From Eledone cirrhosa (lineage: Eukaryota), in assembly GCA_964016885.1 (NCBI GenBank), contig OZ024741.1:206708001-206772000 (forward strand): a DNA stretch of 64,000 nucleotides, read 5' to 3'. Below the pieces are notes generated by a model, which saw nothing but the letters and a program-made list of their open reading frames with translations, searched no databases and was not told the DNA's origin. The position numbers were made by a program, and so were the translations under genes. Below are positions 25,141-38,206 of this stretch, piece by piece (position 1 is the stretch's first letter; every line of letters starts with the position of its first letter).

Positions 25141-27692
25141 TAGAGTGCTAGCACTGAGAAAGGCACTGATCCAGTTTTTCGGCGTGAAAAACAAAGGCTG
25201 CGTGGTCAGAAGTAATTCACGTACTCTAGGAAACGAGGGAGCAAAAGCTGTTAGCTGGGGCCTAGTGCTGGAAGCGAAAAGTGGCAACAAGTCCACGATT
25301 CGCTGTTTGAAAGACCAAAACGGACGCGTGCTACTTGGCCCCAGGCAGATGTGCGCGGCCTTTCAGCGGCACTTTGCGCGACTGTTTGAGCAGAACGACG
25401 GTGCACTGAACGGAGCAATCGACTTTGGTTCATACCTCGACGGCCTGCCGCGACTCTCGACCATGGACGCCGAGTTCTGCGATCACAGTCACTGAGATAC
25501 GGGACGCTCTGGGCCGCTGCGGGAAACGCAAATAACCCGGTCTAGATGGTCTACCCTATGAGTTTTACATAGACATTGGCAAGGGCGTAGTAACGCTGAT
25601 CAGGAAAGACGAAAACAAGGGGGACGAAATGATCAATTTCAGGCCCATAACTCTGCTCAACACAGAATTAAAGATTTTGGCCAAGGTACTAGCAACAAGG
25701 CTGGCGCTTGTCGTCGAAAAACTGGTAGGGAAAGCGCAAACGTGTGCAATCCCGACCAGGTCCATACACGACAACCTCCACCTCAGGCGATACATTATAT
25801 CGAGGGTGGGGTGTAAACCCGGCTTCGGTGGGGCTCTGATCAATTTAGATCAGTCTAAGGCATTCGATATGGACGACCATCAATACTTGGAAGCGGTTCT
25901 CAAGGCGGCCAGTTTCGGTCCCGTTTTCAGAAGCTGGAACGTCAAGGTGAACGGCTACCTATCGGAGCCGTTCGCAATCACTCGTTCCATTCGACAGGGA
26001 TGCCCTCTCTCCTGTACGTATTGACTCTAGAGCCACTACTGCGGACGTTGAAGCTTTTACAGTGCATCCCTTTAGAACCGGGACTTTGAAAAGAGGCGTC
26101 GGATTATGCCGACGACGTGACGTTAATGGTGTCGAAAACCTCGGAAGTAGAGTTAATCGGCATCCTACTACAGATATACAAAAGGTTCACAGGAGCAAAA
26201 CTGAACCCGGACAAGTCTGTCGGTTTGCAACTCGGAACGTGGAAAGGCAAACCGATGCCGCTCGACAGCGTCGTCGGACGCTGGACGGAAGGAGCGGTGA
26301 AATTGCTCGGGTCTGGTTCGGTCCAGGCTTTCAGGTGCAGAAAAACTGGAACGAGGTCATGGCCAAGGTAGTTGCGCTCAGCCAGAAGTGGGCAGAGTGC
26401 AAACTGTCTTTGAAATGGCGAGCGGAGGTGGCGAACACTTTCATAGCGTCCGTCATCTACTACCGCTTGACTGTCTCCGTGAATACCTCACAAAGATGGA
26501 ACGCATGCTCTCCCAGTTCCTGTGGAAGAAGCAAGCTCCACTGGTGAGGAGATCCGTCTGCTGTCAACACCGTTCCAACTGAGGGCTGGGCATGCCGTTG
26601 CTAATGATGCGCAAGCATGCGCTGAGGGCACGTCATTTCCAGGTATTCCTCACCGACCAACCGGTGCGGGTACCGTTTGTGAGACAGGCTTTCCCACAAC
26701 ATGTCTCGCTGACGGAGCTGCAAACCTGGGTCAAGCGAAGACCGCAGAAGATGGGTGCCTGGCACATTGAATGCGCCCAGGTGCTCACAGTCCTCTATCA
26801 AGCGGGCACAGCAATCAGTGGAGACTCCACTTCAACATTCTATAGAGGGTTAGTACTTTACAAGTGCGACGACGTGCTAAGGAGACTCTAGGCGTCGAAG
26901 ACGACGAGCTCACCAGTCTGTTCGGTAGGACTTTCCGCCCGGGACCTATGGACAACTTCCAGAGGTCCCTAGCCTGGCAGTGCTACCGAGGAGCTCTAGC
27001 CGTTCGACATAATATCTACAGGCACGGATCATTCCAGGAGGACGTCCAAGATGCGAGCAGGACATTGAAACCGTCTTGTACGCAATTGTACACTCCCCGG
27101 GCGTAAGCGAGCTGTGGAACTATGCAGAACAACTGCTGTCGCGTATGGGACAAATCCAATTGACTGCCTCGTCTAAATAAGGATCAAACCGCCAGCCTCT
27201 TTCAAAAACGAAAGAGAGGCGGTTTTCCTCTGTATAGTGGTTATGGTGAAAGAGGTTATATGGTGGACGAGATTGAGAGGACTGAGGACAGATGCCTTTC
27301 TCTCTGGACAACAATTGATTCCCTTCTTTAAGTATCACTTTAGAAGGAGAATCAAAGTGGAGAGAGAGGCACTGCACCCCAGTAAATTTACTGAAAGGTG
27401 GGTGAATGAAGCGAAAATGGCCCGAGTGATTGAGCCTTCTCTGTTTATAAGCCTGTAGGTTAAAGAAGAGAGCAAAAGGAAGAAAGGGGCACTTGTACAG
27501 CACGCTCCTGAATTTGAGGGTTGTTCTATTGACAGGGTATGAAACAACCCATTTTGGCGCCTCCCCCCTATTGGGGATTTCGATTGTTATAATTGTTTTT
27601 TTCAATATTTTTACACGACTGTATCTAAAATCCCCGGCAAGTGTCTTTGTATCGTCCCCTTTTCTTGTGCGCCCTTGTGGCAAATAAAGATA
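25141..27692 (+). mobile_element. 5'-truncated, decayed Tx1 copy 4
   Basis: begins immediately after the TATCTATCTATC tail of copy 3; RT fragments (LDQSKAFD, RQGCPLS, YADD); AATAAA then TATCTATCTATC. Confidence 0.9.
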
Positions 27693-28074
27693 TATATCTA
27701 TCTATCTAGAAATCATATATATATATATATATGTGTTGGGAGGCGTGGGTCTGTGTGCGTGCGTGTGTATGTATGTATTTCAATTTCATATTTCTAAAGA
27801 AATACGGCATGTTTATAAATAAACATTTAGAAAGCTATAGCTCTGCAAAAAAACTGGCAGCTAACGCCACCTAGCGGTGTCCAGCAGTAGCAAGGGGGGA
27901 CAATCGTCGATGCATTTCGAATTCGACTGGTTCTAGTCAGGACGATCCCTCCTGCTCTTGCAACTGCTGGAATTTGAAAACAGGCGAAAATATATAGTTT
28001 TTTGGTCTGTGTAAATGAGGTAATTAATCTCATTTGCATATGAAGCTGTATGAGTTGGTTCAACTTATAATAGA

Positions 28075-29120
28075 ATAGAATGAAATGCTTACCATTCTGT
28101 ATAGTTATTGTGTTGTATCAGATGAAAGAATGGTATTTAACTAATGTATTGGTACGCGATGGAGCCCACCCACAGCCCCGGCGGACAGAATGGAGAAGGC
28201 GTTTCCCCGGAGGACGGCAAGGGAAACGCGTTGGAAAAGCCACTCCAACTCGCGGGGCTCACACCTGCGGCTGTCCAGCTCAGCGCCCATGGTGGTGAGT
28301 AAGGAGGTAGCCCTGGGGCCGAGGACACCAGAAGTTTCCACTGCCAGGAGTACGACCGAAAACCTGTCGGAGAGCGACCGGTATTTGAGGAGTTTGGCCC
28401 CCTCAGCCCGACGTGCAGCAGAACCTGGGTCAGTCGCAGCCTGCACCAGGTTGCGGCTGCAGAAAGTGTCGGTGCAAGTGGCATCCCAGACGAGGGGTTT
28501 GCCACCGCAGAACGGGAAGATGGTCATGCCATCTGGCCTTTTGCCGTCCCCTCGATCCAGCCCCACCGGCTCGAGCTGGGAAGGGAAGCCTGCAGCGTCC
28601 AAGCCATGCTTAATGACCTCGTTGAGGGCAGTATGGCGTGGAATGCGGCTGGCACTGTGGCGACAGGAAAGCGGGTGGAGCCCGAAAGACTCCACGGTGG
28701 GACCGCAGTGACATTGGTGTGGCTGGCAGATCTGGAGGCCGAGCCTCAGGGAAACGCCGATTCGCAGGCTATGGTTGTCTAGCTGCGTGCCAGTGGAGAA
28801 GGAGGGCAGAGCATGGAGCCAGGCACCACTGTGGGGTTTGGAGGCCGCACGAAAACAAGCAAGGCGGTGCTGGTCGAGCTGGCGCGTGAGCCTGTCTGAG
28901 ACCTGGCTGTACTGGATGGTATCCCAAGTGCGTTGGGGGGACTTGACGTCAATAGGGGGAGAAGGAGGAGGCACGTCTACAGGGCTAAGTCCCAGTCGGC
29001 CCCACGTCTCACAGGCGGCCTCACGTTCTCTGAACACAGATGGTTCTGTTGTGTTTTGAAGAACCCTGCTGACGAGGACGCGGCACGAGGTTACCGACGA
29101 AAGATACGCCGGCAAAGCTA
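28075..29120 (-). mobile_element. 5'-truncated CRE-clade RLE retrotransposon
   Basis: ORF 28141-29115: SGAWLHALP, LRLG, CHCG..HPLSC, RH..LN, KRPDG..LVWDATC, K..KY, VET.G. Confidence 0.85.
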
Positions 29121-29235
29121 GTGAGAATTAGAATTTAGCTTCGAACATAGTATACAAATAAGTATTAGAAATACGAAATTCAAATACATATTTGTATATT
29201 TGTATACAGCTAAATTCTAATTCTATTCTATTCTC

Positions 29236-29339
<104 letters not shown>

Positions 29340-29344
29340 TATAA

Positions 29345-29641
29345 GTTAAAACAATGAAATAAAAAATCAAGTCATTAGAGATATACTTCACTGCTTTACG
29401 ATCGTTTTAGGTGATGATAATACATTGTAGCTATACTTGTAGCTATACTTCGTTATTGATCTATATAAGGTTAGTTACAAAATATCAGATAAAGAGAACA
29501 TTTACTTACATGCATATCGCCAGCTGTTTTCAAAAGCTTACATAGATAAATAAAGATGTATAGCTACAATGTATTATCACCTAGAAATGATCGTAAAGCA
29601 GTGAAGTATATCTCTAATGACTTTTATTTCATTGTTTTAAC
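29345..29641. mobile_element. MITE/foldback element with long imperfect terminal inverted repeats
   Basis: GTTAAAACAATGAAATAAAA..GTCATTAGAGATATACTTCACTGCTTTACGATC mirrored at 29560-29641; TA-rich flanks. Confidence 0.75.
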
Positions 29642-29732
29642 GTATATCATGACTCTGTTTTCCTTTTAATGTTTTATTGTTTTCCTGGATTTATATTAAC
29701 CTGCAGCATTTTCAACATATGGATTACATATG

Positions 29733-29930
29733 GATTACATTGAGTTTTTCATGCAGAATAGACCCCACACCTTACCGTGGATATCTGTGTGTGTATATGT
29801 ATATATATGTACAGTCGGTGACACATCATGTGGCATCCCATATGAGGGATCTACTGTATATATATATATATACACAAGATATCCACGGTAAGTTGTGGGG
29901 TCTATACTGCATGAAGAACTCAACGTAATC
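29733..29930. repeat. imperfect palindrome of about 200 bp
   Basis: arms TTGAGTTTTTCATGCAGAATAGACCCCACACCTTACCGTGGATATC and GATATCCACGGTAAGTTGTGGGGTCTATACTGCATGAAGAACTCAA. Confidence 0.85.
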
Positions 29931-29964
29931 GGGTGCGTTCGGCTTCCAGCCCAGGCTCTTCTTC

Positions 29965-30200
29965 CCGCCAAGCATCGGCTGCTCTCAAACAGATTTGTGG
30001 TAGGGCCTGTAGTACTGGAGATTTCCGACGTTCTTGACATCAGGACCACATCCCTACTCACTGTTTTCGGAGCGGACTTAGCCGGCCGCAGTTGTGAGCC
30101 CCGTGAGATGGAGTGGCTATTCCAGTGGGTCTCCTTCGCCAACCGCCTGGGCAATCTGTTCTCCATCCTGTTGCCCGGGACCCAGAAGCGATGGGTAGGT
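29965..30200 (+). pseudogene. 3' fragment of a second CRE-like element
   Basis: KHRLLSNRF..TSLLTVFGADL..CEPREMEWLFQWVS..GNLFSIL aligns with the C-terminus of ORF 28141-29115. Confidence 0.8.
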
Positions 30201-32086
30201 TAGTTGGAAGTGGTGAATACTCATTCGGACGTCACTTTCTCTTTATTTCTATAGTACACATTATTAGCGTTAAATATCTACCATAGCCCCCAGTCATGGC
30301 TGGCTGCTTTCCACTATGATCCATTTATTCACTGAATTTACGATGAAGGAATTTAGTTACTGTCATGTTGATTGATCATTCTATCTGTCACATAATGCTC
30401 CACCGGAATTTTTCCTTAGTTGACAGATCCTGAAAATATACATAAGTACAAAGATGACGCACACGTACACAATAATAGCGAATGTGTGTTTATTTACAAG
30501 GTTTTCATATTTCACATTCTCTATTATATTTATTTTGTATTTATTTTGGAACAAGTTGATTAATATTCAGACTACCTATGGATCTCATTTTCTGAATGCT
30601 ATGATGACTATGCTGTGTTTTATCAGGTTTTGCTGCAGGCAGAAAGGTATTATAGGAATGAAGCTGCAACAGCTAAAATCGTCAGTACTTGATTTGAAAT
30701 TAGTCAACTACAGGTTACTTTCCTAGTTTATTAGATGTGTGTTTTATCTGCTTATTTGCTATTAATTAACTTTCCATAATTAATCATTTAGAAGATTAAT
30801 ACACCAGTTCTTAACATAATGAATTTATGCATTTATAATTCGCAGAGTATTTTTCAGCTATTCATCATCAAAACCACACCATCTAATATTTTGTCTGCAC
30901 AAGAGCAGGCAGCATTTGAACATGTCTATATCACAGCTCATTATACTTATTACAAAAACTTAATGATTAATAACGTTTTCTGTTTCAGAGGATTGAAATT
31001 GTGCATCATATCCCAGTTTCAGTTCTATTGATATGATGGGTGGAATAACATTTAGTTTACGTTATTTACTGCTTAAATAAATTGTTAGCCCACACCCACA
31101 AAATATAAATGGCCGAGAAATCTTGGGTGTAATTCTACTTTGTAGTATCTTATTAGATCTTGTAAGGGAAATTGAGTAATGTAAAAGTCCCTAGTATGTA
31201 TTTTATATCTATTTCAAACGTATAAAATGTCACATTGCATCACGCTGATCTGGCTTGGGATTACATTAAAGGCACACATGACTATGGTATACTCAGCTAC
31301 TTACGCGTAATCTTAATCGGTAGATAGTTCAGTTGATAATATGAAGAATCAATTATTTACGACCTAACTGTATTGTTATAGAAGTGAAGCCAGTAGGTCT
31401 CGATAGTTGTGAGTTTGCGGTGGTTTTCATAGTAGCTATCTTATTTATATCTATATTCTTGATGTTCTTGTTTGATCTCAGAACAGATCTGATCATGCAG
31501 ACCTGTGATGAAAGGGGCTACAGCCAAAACCCGTCTTGTTATTATTTTTCACATATATTTACATAGCTAACACATCCCTTTTATATTACATTAAAGTGTA
31601 ATTAATGACCATCTGATTGTTGTTTTATCAGGTAAACTCACCGCATATAGCCTACAGCTTTCCTGGCTCGGCCTTTGGTATGGGTTAGAGCAATTTAGGG
31701 TAACGTTGTCATTGTTTAGCCCAAAGTCAAGCAGATCTTGAATAAAGTGTTACAGTCGTGACCCAAAACTCGACGTTATTTTCAGAGCCAGTGTATGTAG
31801 GCTGACATTATCCAGTTGTAGTGTTAGTGGAATTAAATAATGTAGTATTGGGCTGTTTCGTCTGTTGTGTTTAACTATCGCCCAGTTTAACTAAATTATT
31901 CAATATTTTCGTCGTATATTCAGACAATAGAATGTGATTTGAGGAGGTTGTGGGTGTTCGTTCTGGCAGCAGCTCAAGCTGTCTGTTGTTGTTATTGTTA
32001 CTTTTGTTGTTGAGGCAGTTGGCGTCATCATGGATGTATTTCTTATTAGAATTGTTGTAGTTATTCTTGATTCTGTTAGTGTCATT

Positions 32087-32088
32087 GT

Positions 32089-32139
<51 letters not shown>

Positions 32140-32157
32140 AACTACTACTACTACTAC
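32087..32157. repeat. (CTA)n microsatellite
   Basis: directly visible. Confidence 0.95.
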
Positions 32158-32582
32158 CTTTCATCAGTAGAAGTACATAGACAGTGGTAAAGGAGTGATG
32201 CTGTTTGCATACACCGTGATAAGGAAACCTGTGATGGAGGGTAAAATATAAAAAACATCAATCCTTCCTCTATGTTAACAAAACATTTTCAGAGATTATT
32301 CCTAGGTTCGGAAATTAAACTGAAAATCATAACACCTTCAGATTTTGTAGATTATATTCAACAATTTCATTCGGCCAATCCCAGCACTATATGCAAGGAA
32401 GTTTCCAATTAACAAAGCAACCACTGCGCGCCAAGCAAATGTTTCGTAGTTCCTGCCGACAATATGCTGAATATATTACGCCGTTAGTGCCGAGGTACAA
32501 CCACTGAAAAAGCTACATCAACTCACAAGGCTCGTTATTGCAGATGGCCTTCTTCATCTTGACATATATGTATGTATGTATG

Positions 32583-32614
32583 TTCTGGTTTTATAATTTC
32601 ACAAATGTTTACCA

Positions 32615-32665
<51 letters not shown>

Positions 32666-35600
32666 TTCTAACATAGTTGCAAGACTCATTGGAATTTACA
32701 CAACATCAACTAGGTACATATGTATGCATGTCTGCGTGAATGCATGTGTGTGCAGGTATGGATGTTATTGTATGTGTGCATGTGCATACGCTTTGTATCT
32801 GTACATGTGTATATGCAGTTATTAGATGCAACATTTTTGGAATGTTTTACATATTTTTACTGTTCCATTAATGGATTTTACTTGTAATTTCCTAACTAGT
32901 TGTGTTCTTTCTGTTTCTGTGAATCCCAGCTTCTCAAGATTTGTATTGAGGCAGTTACTAACATACCCCAGTGCTCCAGGCATAAATCTGAAGGTGTAAT
33001 CAGGGTGGAGTATCTGCAGATTTCTCATCAGTTCTGCATAAATATTCTCCTTTTCGCTAATCTTTGATATTTTTTGGCATCAGCTGGCAGCTAACTTCCA
33101 CTACTGTGCATGCCTTCTTTTCCCTGTCCCATATCATATCTGGTCTGTTATGCCTGCATTTTATTGGGGTTTATACTGGAACATTCCACCAGTACTCTTT
33201 CATAGTGTGTCTTCCACATTGCTGTAGCTTTTAATGTTTTTGTTATCGGGGCTATCTTTTCTACGGATTGCATTGTACAGTGTTTTGGCCACTACATGAT
33301 GCCTCATAGGTAGATAGTACCGCCATGACATCTTTGGACAGCTGATTATGACATGAGTGACATCTTCGATGTTAATTCTGCAGGATCTGCACTTGTCACA
33401 TGTAAATGTTTTGCCTGCATCCGTATCTCTTTTGTAAATCAGGTATTTCGTGTTGATTTCTTGTTCTTCGATAGCAAAAACGAATCCTTCGAAGTGGGAG
33501 CCAATATAGCGGTTGTTGGTCCAAAATAGACTACCTTGTTAATCTATATTACTCTCACTCTGGAGCTTCCTGGCAACATATCCATGCATGATTTTTTGCT
33601 GATAAGCATGCAGTTTTTCATCCATGGATTAACTGCGATACTGCTGAGCGACATCCCTGGGTGTGAGGTTTTGATTATCACACGGGAATATCTTTCAAGG
33701 AGTTATTCCCCAACTCTCATGATCTTATCTGTCTCATGCAGGTAAACTTCCTCGAGAGACGGGCTCCTACACTTCGAGGTTCGTAGATGTTGTCGGATGG
33801 ATATGATGGGACATTCAAATGTTGTCTGGACTGAATTAAGTCCCCTGCCTCCCTGCTTACGTTTCAAGTGGAGGCGGTCTATGTCACTGTTGATGTGGAA
33901 GTTTCCGGTGTTGTTTAGTATTTTTCGAGTCCTAACATCAATTGCTAGGATTTCGTCTATCGTCCAATTGAGTATTCCAAACGTTGGTGTTAGGACAGGC
34001 ACAGCAAACACATTGTGAGCCACTGTTTTATTGTGCGCAGAGTTCCGATCACCATATTTTTGTTAATAGGGTGTAATATTCCTTGGTTACGCGTTCCTTA
34101 TTACAGATACCAATATAGGATATGTTCTCATCTATCCCCAGTTATCTGTAGAAGTCTTCATCAGATATCGATGAAACAGTTAAGCCATTGATAACAATGT
34201 TGCTAGATTGGGTTGTTGTTTTTCCCCATTCTACAATCATATATGAACATTTATCTTGTCCAAACCCCATTCCTATATCCTTTGAGAATGTTGTAACTAG
34301 GTCAAGAATTTTCTTCATCCCATCGTTCTTGGCATAGAGTTTCAGATCACCCACAAATAAAATTATGGGTTAGGTTAGTATTTACGTCCTCATGTGAGCC
34401 AATTTTCTGATCAGAAAGGACAAGGGGTTTAATGACAAGATAAATATTATCACAGAGAGACTGTCTCCTTGAAATATACTCCTATGATATTTTATTTTAT
34501 CAGTGAAAATAGAGTCCCCCTTCTCTGTTTTTAACTTTAGGATAGTAGCCCAAGCAGAAGACAGCTTCTCTATGGCTCTGATAAGGATGTCTGGGACTTT
34601 AGAAAGTCGGAGGGCCTTTATCATCCAAGAGTGGAGAACAGAATCGAAAGCTTCCTTGTAGTTCAGCCAGACTGTAGTCATATTCCTCCTAAGTTGTCGC
34701 ACTTCGGACATCGCAGTTTTGTTGATTAGGAGTTGTTCAGCACACACCCAAACATCTTTCTTTCCAGCTGCTTTTTTTATCTCTGATGATGTTATTATTT
34801 TCACAGTGATCTTGGAGGAATAGGTTCAGGCAGGCTGTATACGTCTTATACATCAGGTTCTGGCATGCAATGGGTCGGTAGTTTTGTGGGTGTCTTTGTT
34901 CTTGGGAACCAGTATTTGTTTTGTTAATATCAACCATTCTGGTATAAGTGTATCTCTCTTGAGAGCTTGTTGGTAGAGGTCGGTAAGATACCTCCGATAG
35001 AATATCAGTTTTTTGTACCAGTAGCCGAGAATCATGTCGCTTCCTGGTATTTTTTTATCTTGGAGTTTTCCTATCTCAGTCTCAAGGGTATCCTCATTTA
35101 TTTCGTATGTTTTTGTTGTAGTGTAGGAGCAATAGTTCTTTTGGATTTCTTTCAGCCACACCGCGTCTTGGTTGAAATGCTTCTTTTCACCCCATATTTT
35201 TCTCCAAAAGGAATCTATGTCTTTCTGGGATGGGGCCTCAGTGACACTGATTATTTTGCCCTTCATATTTCTACAGACTGATTTTTGGTTTCGTCTGAAT
35301 CTTTTATTAAGCACTTTTCTTTCATCTACCTTCTTCGGGTATCGGCGTTTCTCGTTGACAGCTCTCAATTCTTGTTTGAGTGTGATCAGCTTATATTGAA
35401 GAGTTCTGATTCTACTGTTACCAAACATCGTTTCTATTTTATTTTTTACTCCTTGTCGGTGAGGAGTGATGTTTTTTTGTTTTGTTTGCATGTAAGGAGC
35501 GTTGTCACATATCCTATGGTTTTTTGTAGGCCAGCAATCTTTTTTTCTATTTTATTCATATAAGATGGTATTTTTGATGGTGTTTTATTCTTGTTAATAT

Positions 35601-35819
35601 CTCTGCTATCACCAAGATAATGCTTTACTGTCGTTGCTAAGGCATATAAACAGGCGTTGATTTGCTAAAATGTTGGGGTTTTAATCTGTCGTAAATATTC
35701 ATCCTCTATTTCGTCAATAACATGTAATATTTCATTATTTGGTTTTTATTTAGTATTGTTGTTTCAATACGTTCAGCAAGAGAAATGTTTATACAGGAAT
35801 TAATTTCTCTCTGGAAGAT
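32583..35819 (-). mobile_element. R4/Dong-type RLE retrotransposon family AB, copy A (5' truncated, decayed)
   Basis: NYRPIAC, FQGDSLS, GDLKLYA, GGRGL, CCHC and RPD nuclease remnants; ends in (CATA)n. Confidence 0.88.
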
Positions 35820-35831
35820 TATGTATGTATG

Positions 35832-37741
35832 TTCTTCTGGTTTTATAATTTCACAAAGTTTTACCAATAGAGAGAGAGTCGGTTTCTAACATAGACACAA
35901 GACTCTCTCATTGGAATTTACACAACATCAACTAGGTAGGTATGTATGCATGTGTAGATATGGATGTTATTGTATGTGTGGATGTGTATGTTTTGAGTTG
36001 TATGTGTGCATGTGTATATACTTTGCATCTGTATATGTGTATATGCAGTTATTAGATGCAAAATGTTTGGAATATCTTACATATTTTTACTGTTCCTTTA
36101 ATGGATTGTACTTGTAATTTCCTAACTAGTTGTGTTCTTTCTGTTCCTGTGAAGCCTAGCTTCTCAAGATTTGTATTGAGGCAGTTACTAACATATCCCA
36201 GTGCCCCAATAATCACAGGCATAAATCTGAAGGTGTAATCAGGGTGGAATATCTGCAGATTTCTCATCAGTTCTGCATAAATGTTCTCCTTTTCACTAAT
36301 CTTTGATATTATATTGGCATCTGCTGGGCAGCTAATTTCCACTACTGTGCATGCTTTCTTCTCCCTGTCCCATATCATATCTGGTCTGTTATGCCTGCAT
36401 TTTATTGGGGTTTTTACTGGAACATTCCACCAGTACTGTTTCATATATACATGGATGTCTTCCACATGACTTTTAATGTGTTTATTACCGGGGCTATATT
36501 TTTTTACGAACTGCATTGTACAGTGTTTTGGCCACTACATCATGCCTCATAGGTAGATAGTACCGCGATGAGACATCTTTGGACAGATGGTGATGACATG
36601 GGTGATATCCTCGATGTTAGTTCTGCAGAGTCTGCACTTGTTATCACATCTAGGTGTTTTGCCTGCACCCCTTTCTCTTTTGTAAATCAGGTATTTCGTG
36701 CTAATCTCCTGATCCTGGATTGCAAAAGCGTATCCTTCAAAGGGGAAGACAATATAGCGATTGTTGGGCCAATATAGACTACTTTCCTTATCTATATTAC
36801 TCTCACTCTGGAGCTTCCCGGCAACATATCGATGCGTGATTTTTTGCTGATAGGCAGGCAGTTTTTCGTCCATGGATTGACTGCGATACTGCTGAGCGAC
36901 ATCCCTGGGTGTGAGGTTTTGATTATCACACAGGGAATATCTCTCGAGGAGTTCCTTCCCAACTCTCATGATCTTATCTGTTTCATACAGATAGACTTGT
37001 TCGAGAAACGGGCTCCTACGCTTCGATGTTCGCAGATGTTGTCGGAGAGATATGATGCGACATTCAAATGTTGTCTGGACTGATGTTAGGCCCCTGCCTC
37101 CCTGCTTACATTTCAAGTAAAGCGGTCTATGTCACTGTTGATGTGGAAGTTTCCGGTGTTGTTCAGTATTTTTAGAGTTCCAACATCAACTGCTCGGATT
37201 TCGTCTATAGTCCAATTGAGTATTCCAAACGTTGGTGTTAGGACAGGCACATCAAATACATTGTGAGCCACTGTTTTGTTTTGCGCAGAGAGTTCCGATG
37301 ACCAGATATTTCTTAATCGGGTGTAGTATTCCCTGGTTACGTGTTCTTTATTACAGATACCATTATAGGATATGTTCTCATCTATCCCCAGGTATATGTA
37401 GCAGTCCTCATCAGACATCGGTGGAACAGTTAAGCCATTGATAACAATGTGGCTAGATTGGGTTGTTGTTTTTCCCCACTTTACAGTCATGTATGAGCAT
37501 TTATCTTGGCCAAACTCCATTCCTATATCCTTTAAGAATGTTGTAACTAGGTCAAGATTTTTCTTCATCCCACCCATGTTCTTGGTATAGAGGTTCAGAT
37601 CGTCCACAAAGAAATTATGGGTTAGGTTCGATTTCTGTCATCCTGTGAGCCAATTATGTATCCCTCAAATTTCTTGAGCAGAAAGGACAAGGGGTTTAAT
37701 GACAAGATGAATAATATCACAGAGAGACTGTCCCCCTAAAA
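35832..37741 (-). mobile_element. R4/Dong-type family AB, copy B (5' truncated)
   Basis: DDLNLY, GGRGL, CRLCRTNIEDITHVITIC, HNRPDMIWD..VEISCPAD; (CATA)n on both sides. Confidence 0.88.
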
Positions 37742-37832
37742 TATGTATGTATGTAAGTATGTATGTATGTATGTATGTATGTATGTATGTATGTATGTAT
37801 GTATGTATGTATGTATGTATGTATGTATGTAT
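37742..37832. repeat. (TATG)n/(CATA)n microsatellite
   Basis: directly visible, abuts the 5' end of copy B. Confidence 0.95.
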
Positions 37833-38010
37833 CCATTGAATTGAAGTGCCCTGAATGTGGAAATATTTGCTTGATCTTCACGGTATTGTGAAGGTTTACA
37901 TGAAACTTGATGCAAGACTTGAGGCCAGGGTGATCATAGTTGTCGTCAATGGGCGTAGGAGTGCAAGTCTTTAGCAGGCTTGAAAAGCCATATCCAAGCG
38001 TCACACACAC
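37833..38010 (+). pseudogene. possible 3'-end remnants of an RTE-like LINE (C2H2-like tail)
   Basis: ELKCPECGNIC and ECKSLAGLKSH peptides; short and interrupted. Confidence 0.35.
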
Positions 38011-38122
38011 TCTGAGCAGAGTTTGCAGCCATCATGTATACATGGATGGATTGATGCATATATGTGTGTATGCTTAAATGTATGTATAATTATATATATA
38101 TATATATAGATATATTTATATA

Positions 38123-38206
<84 letters not shown>

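Noticed and set aside
27865-27878. CTCF-like motif CCGCTAGGTGGCG on the minus strand
   Set aside because: Single motif match with no supporting evidence; probably part of a repeat
30600-31045. Possible host exons (TTTTATCAG..AAG/GTA and TGTTTCAG acceptor-like sites)
   Set aside because: Very short, no recognisable protein, stops in the candidate frames; would need RNA-seq
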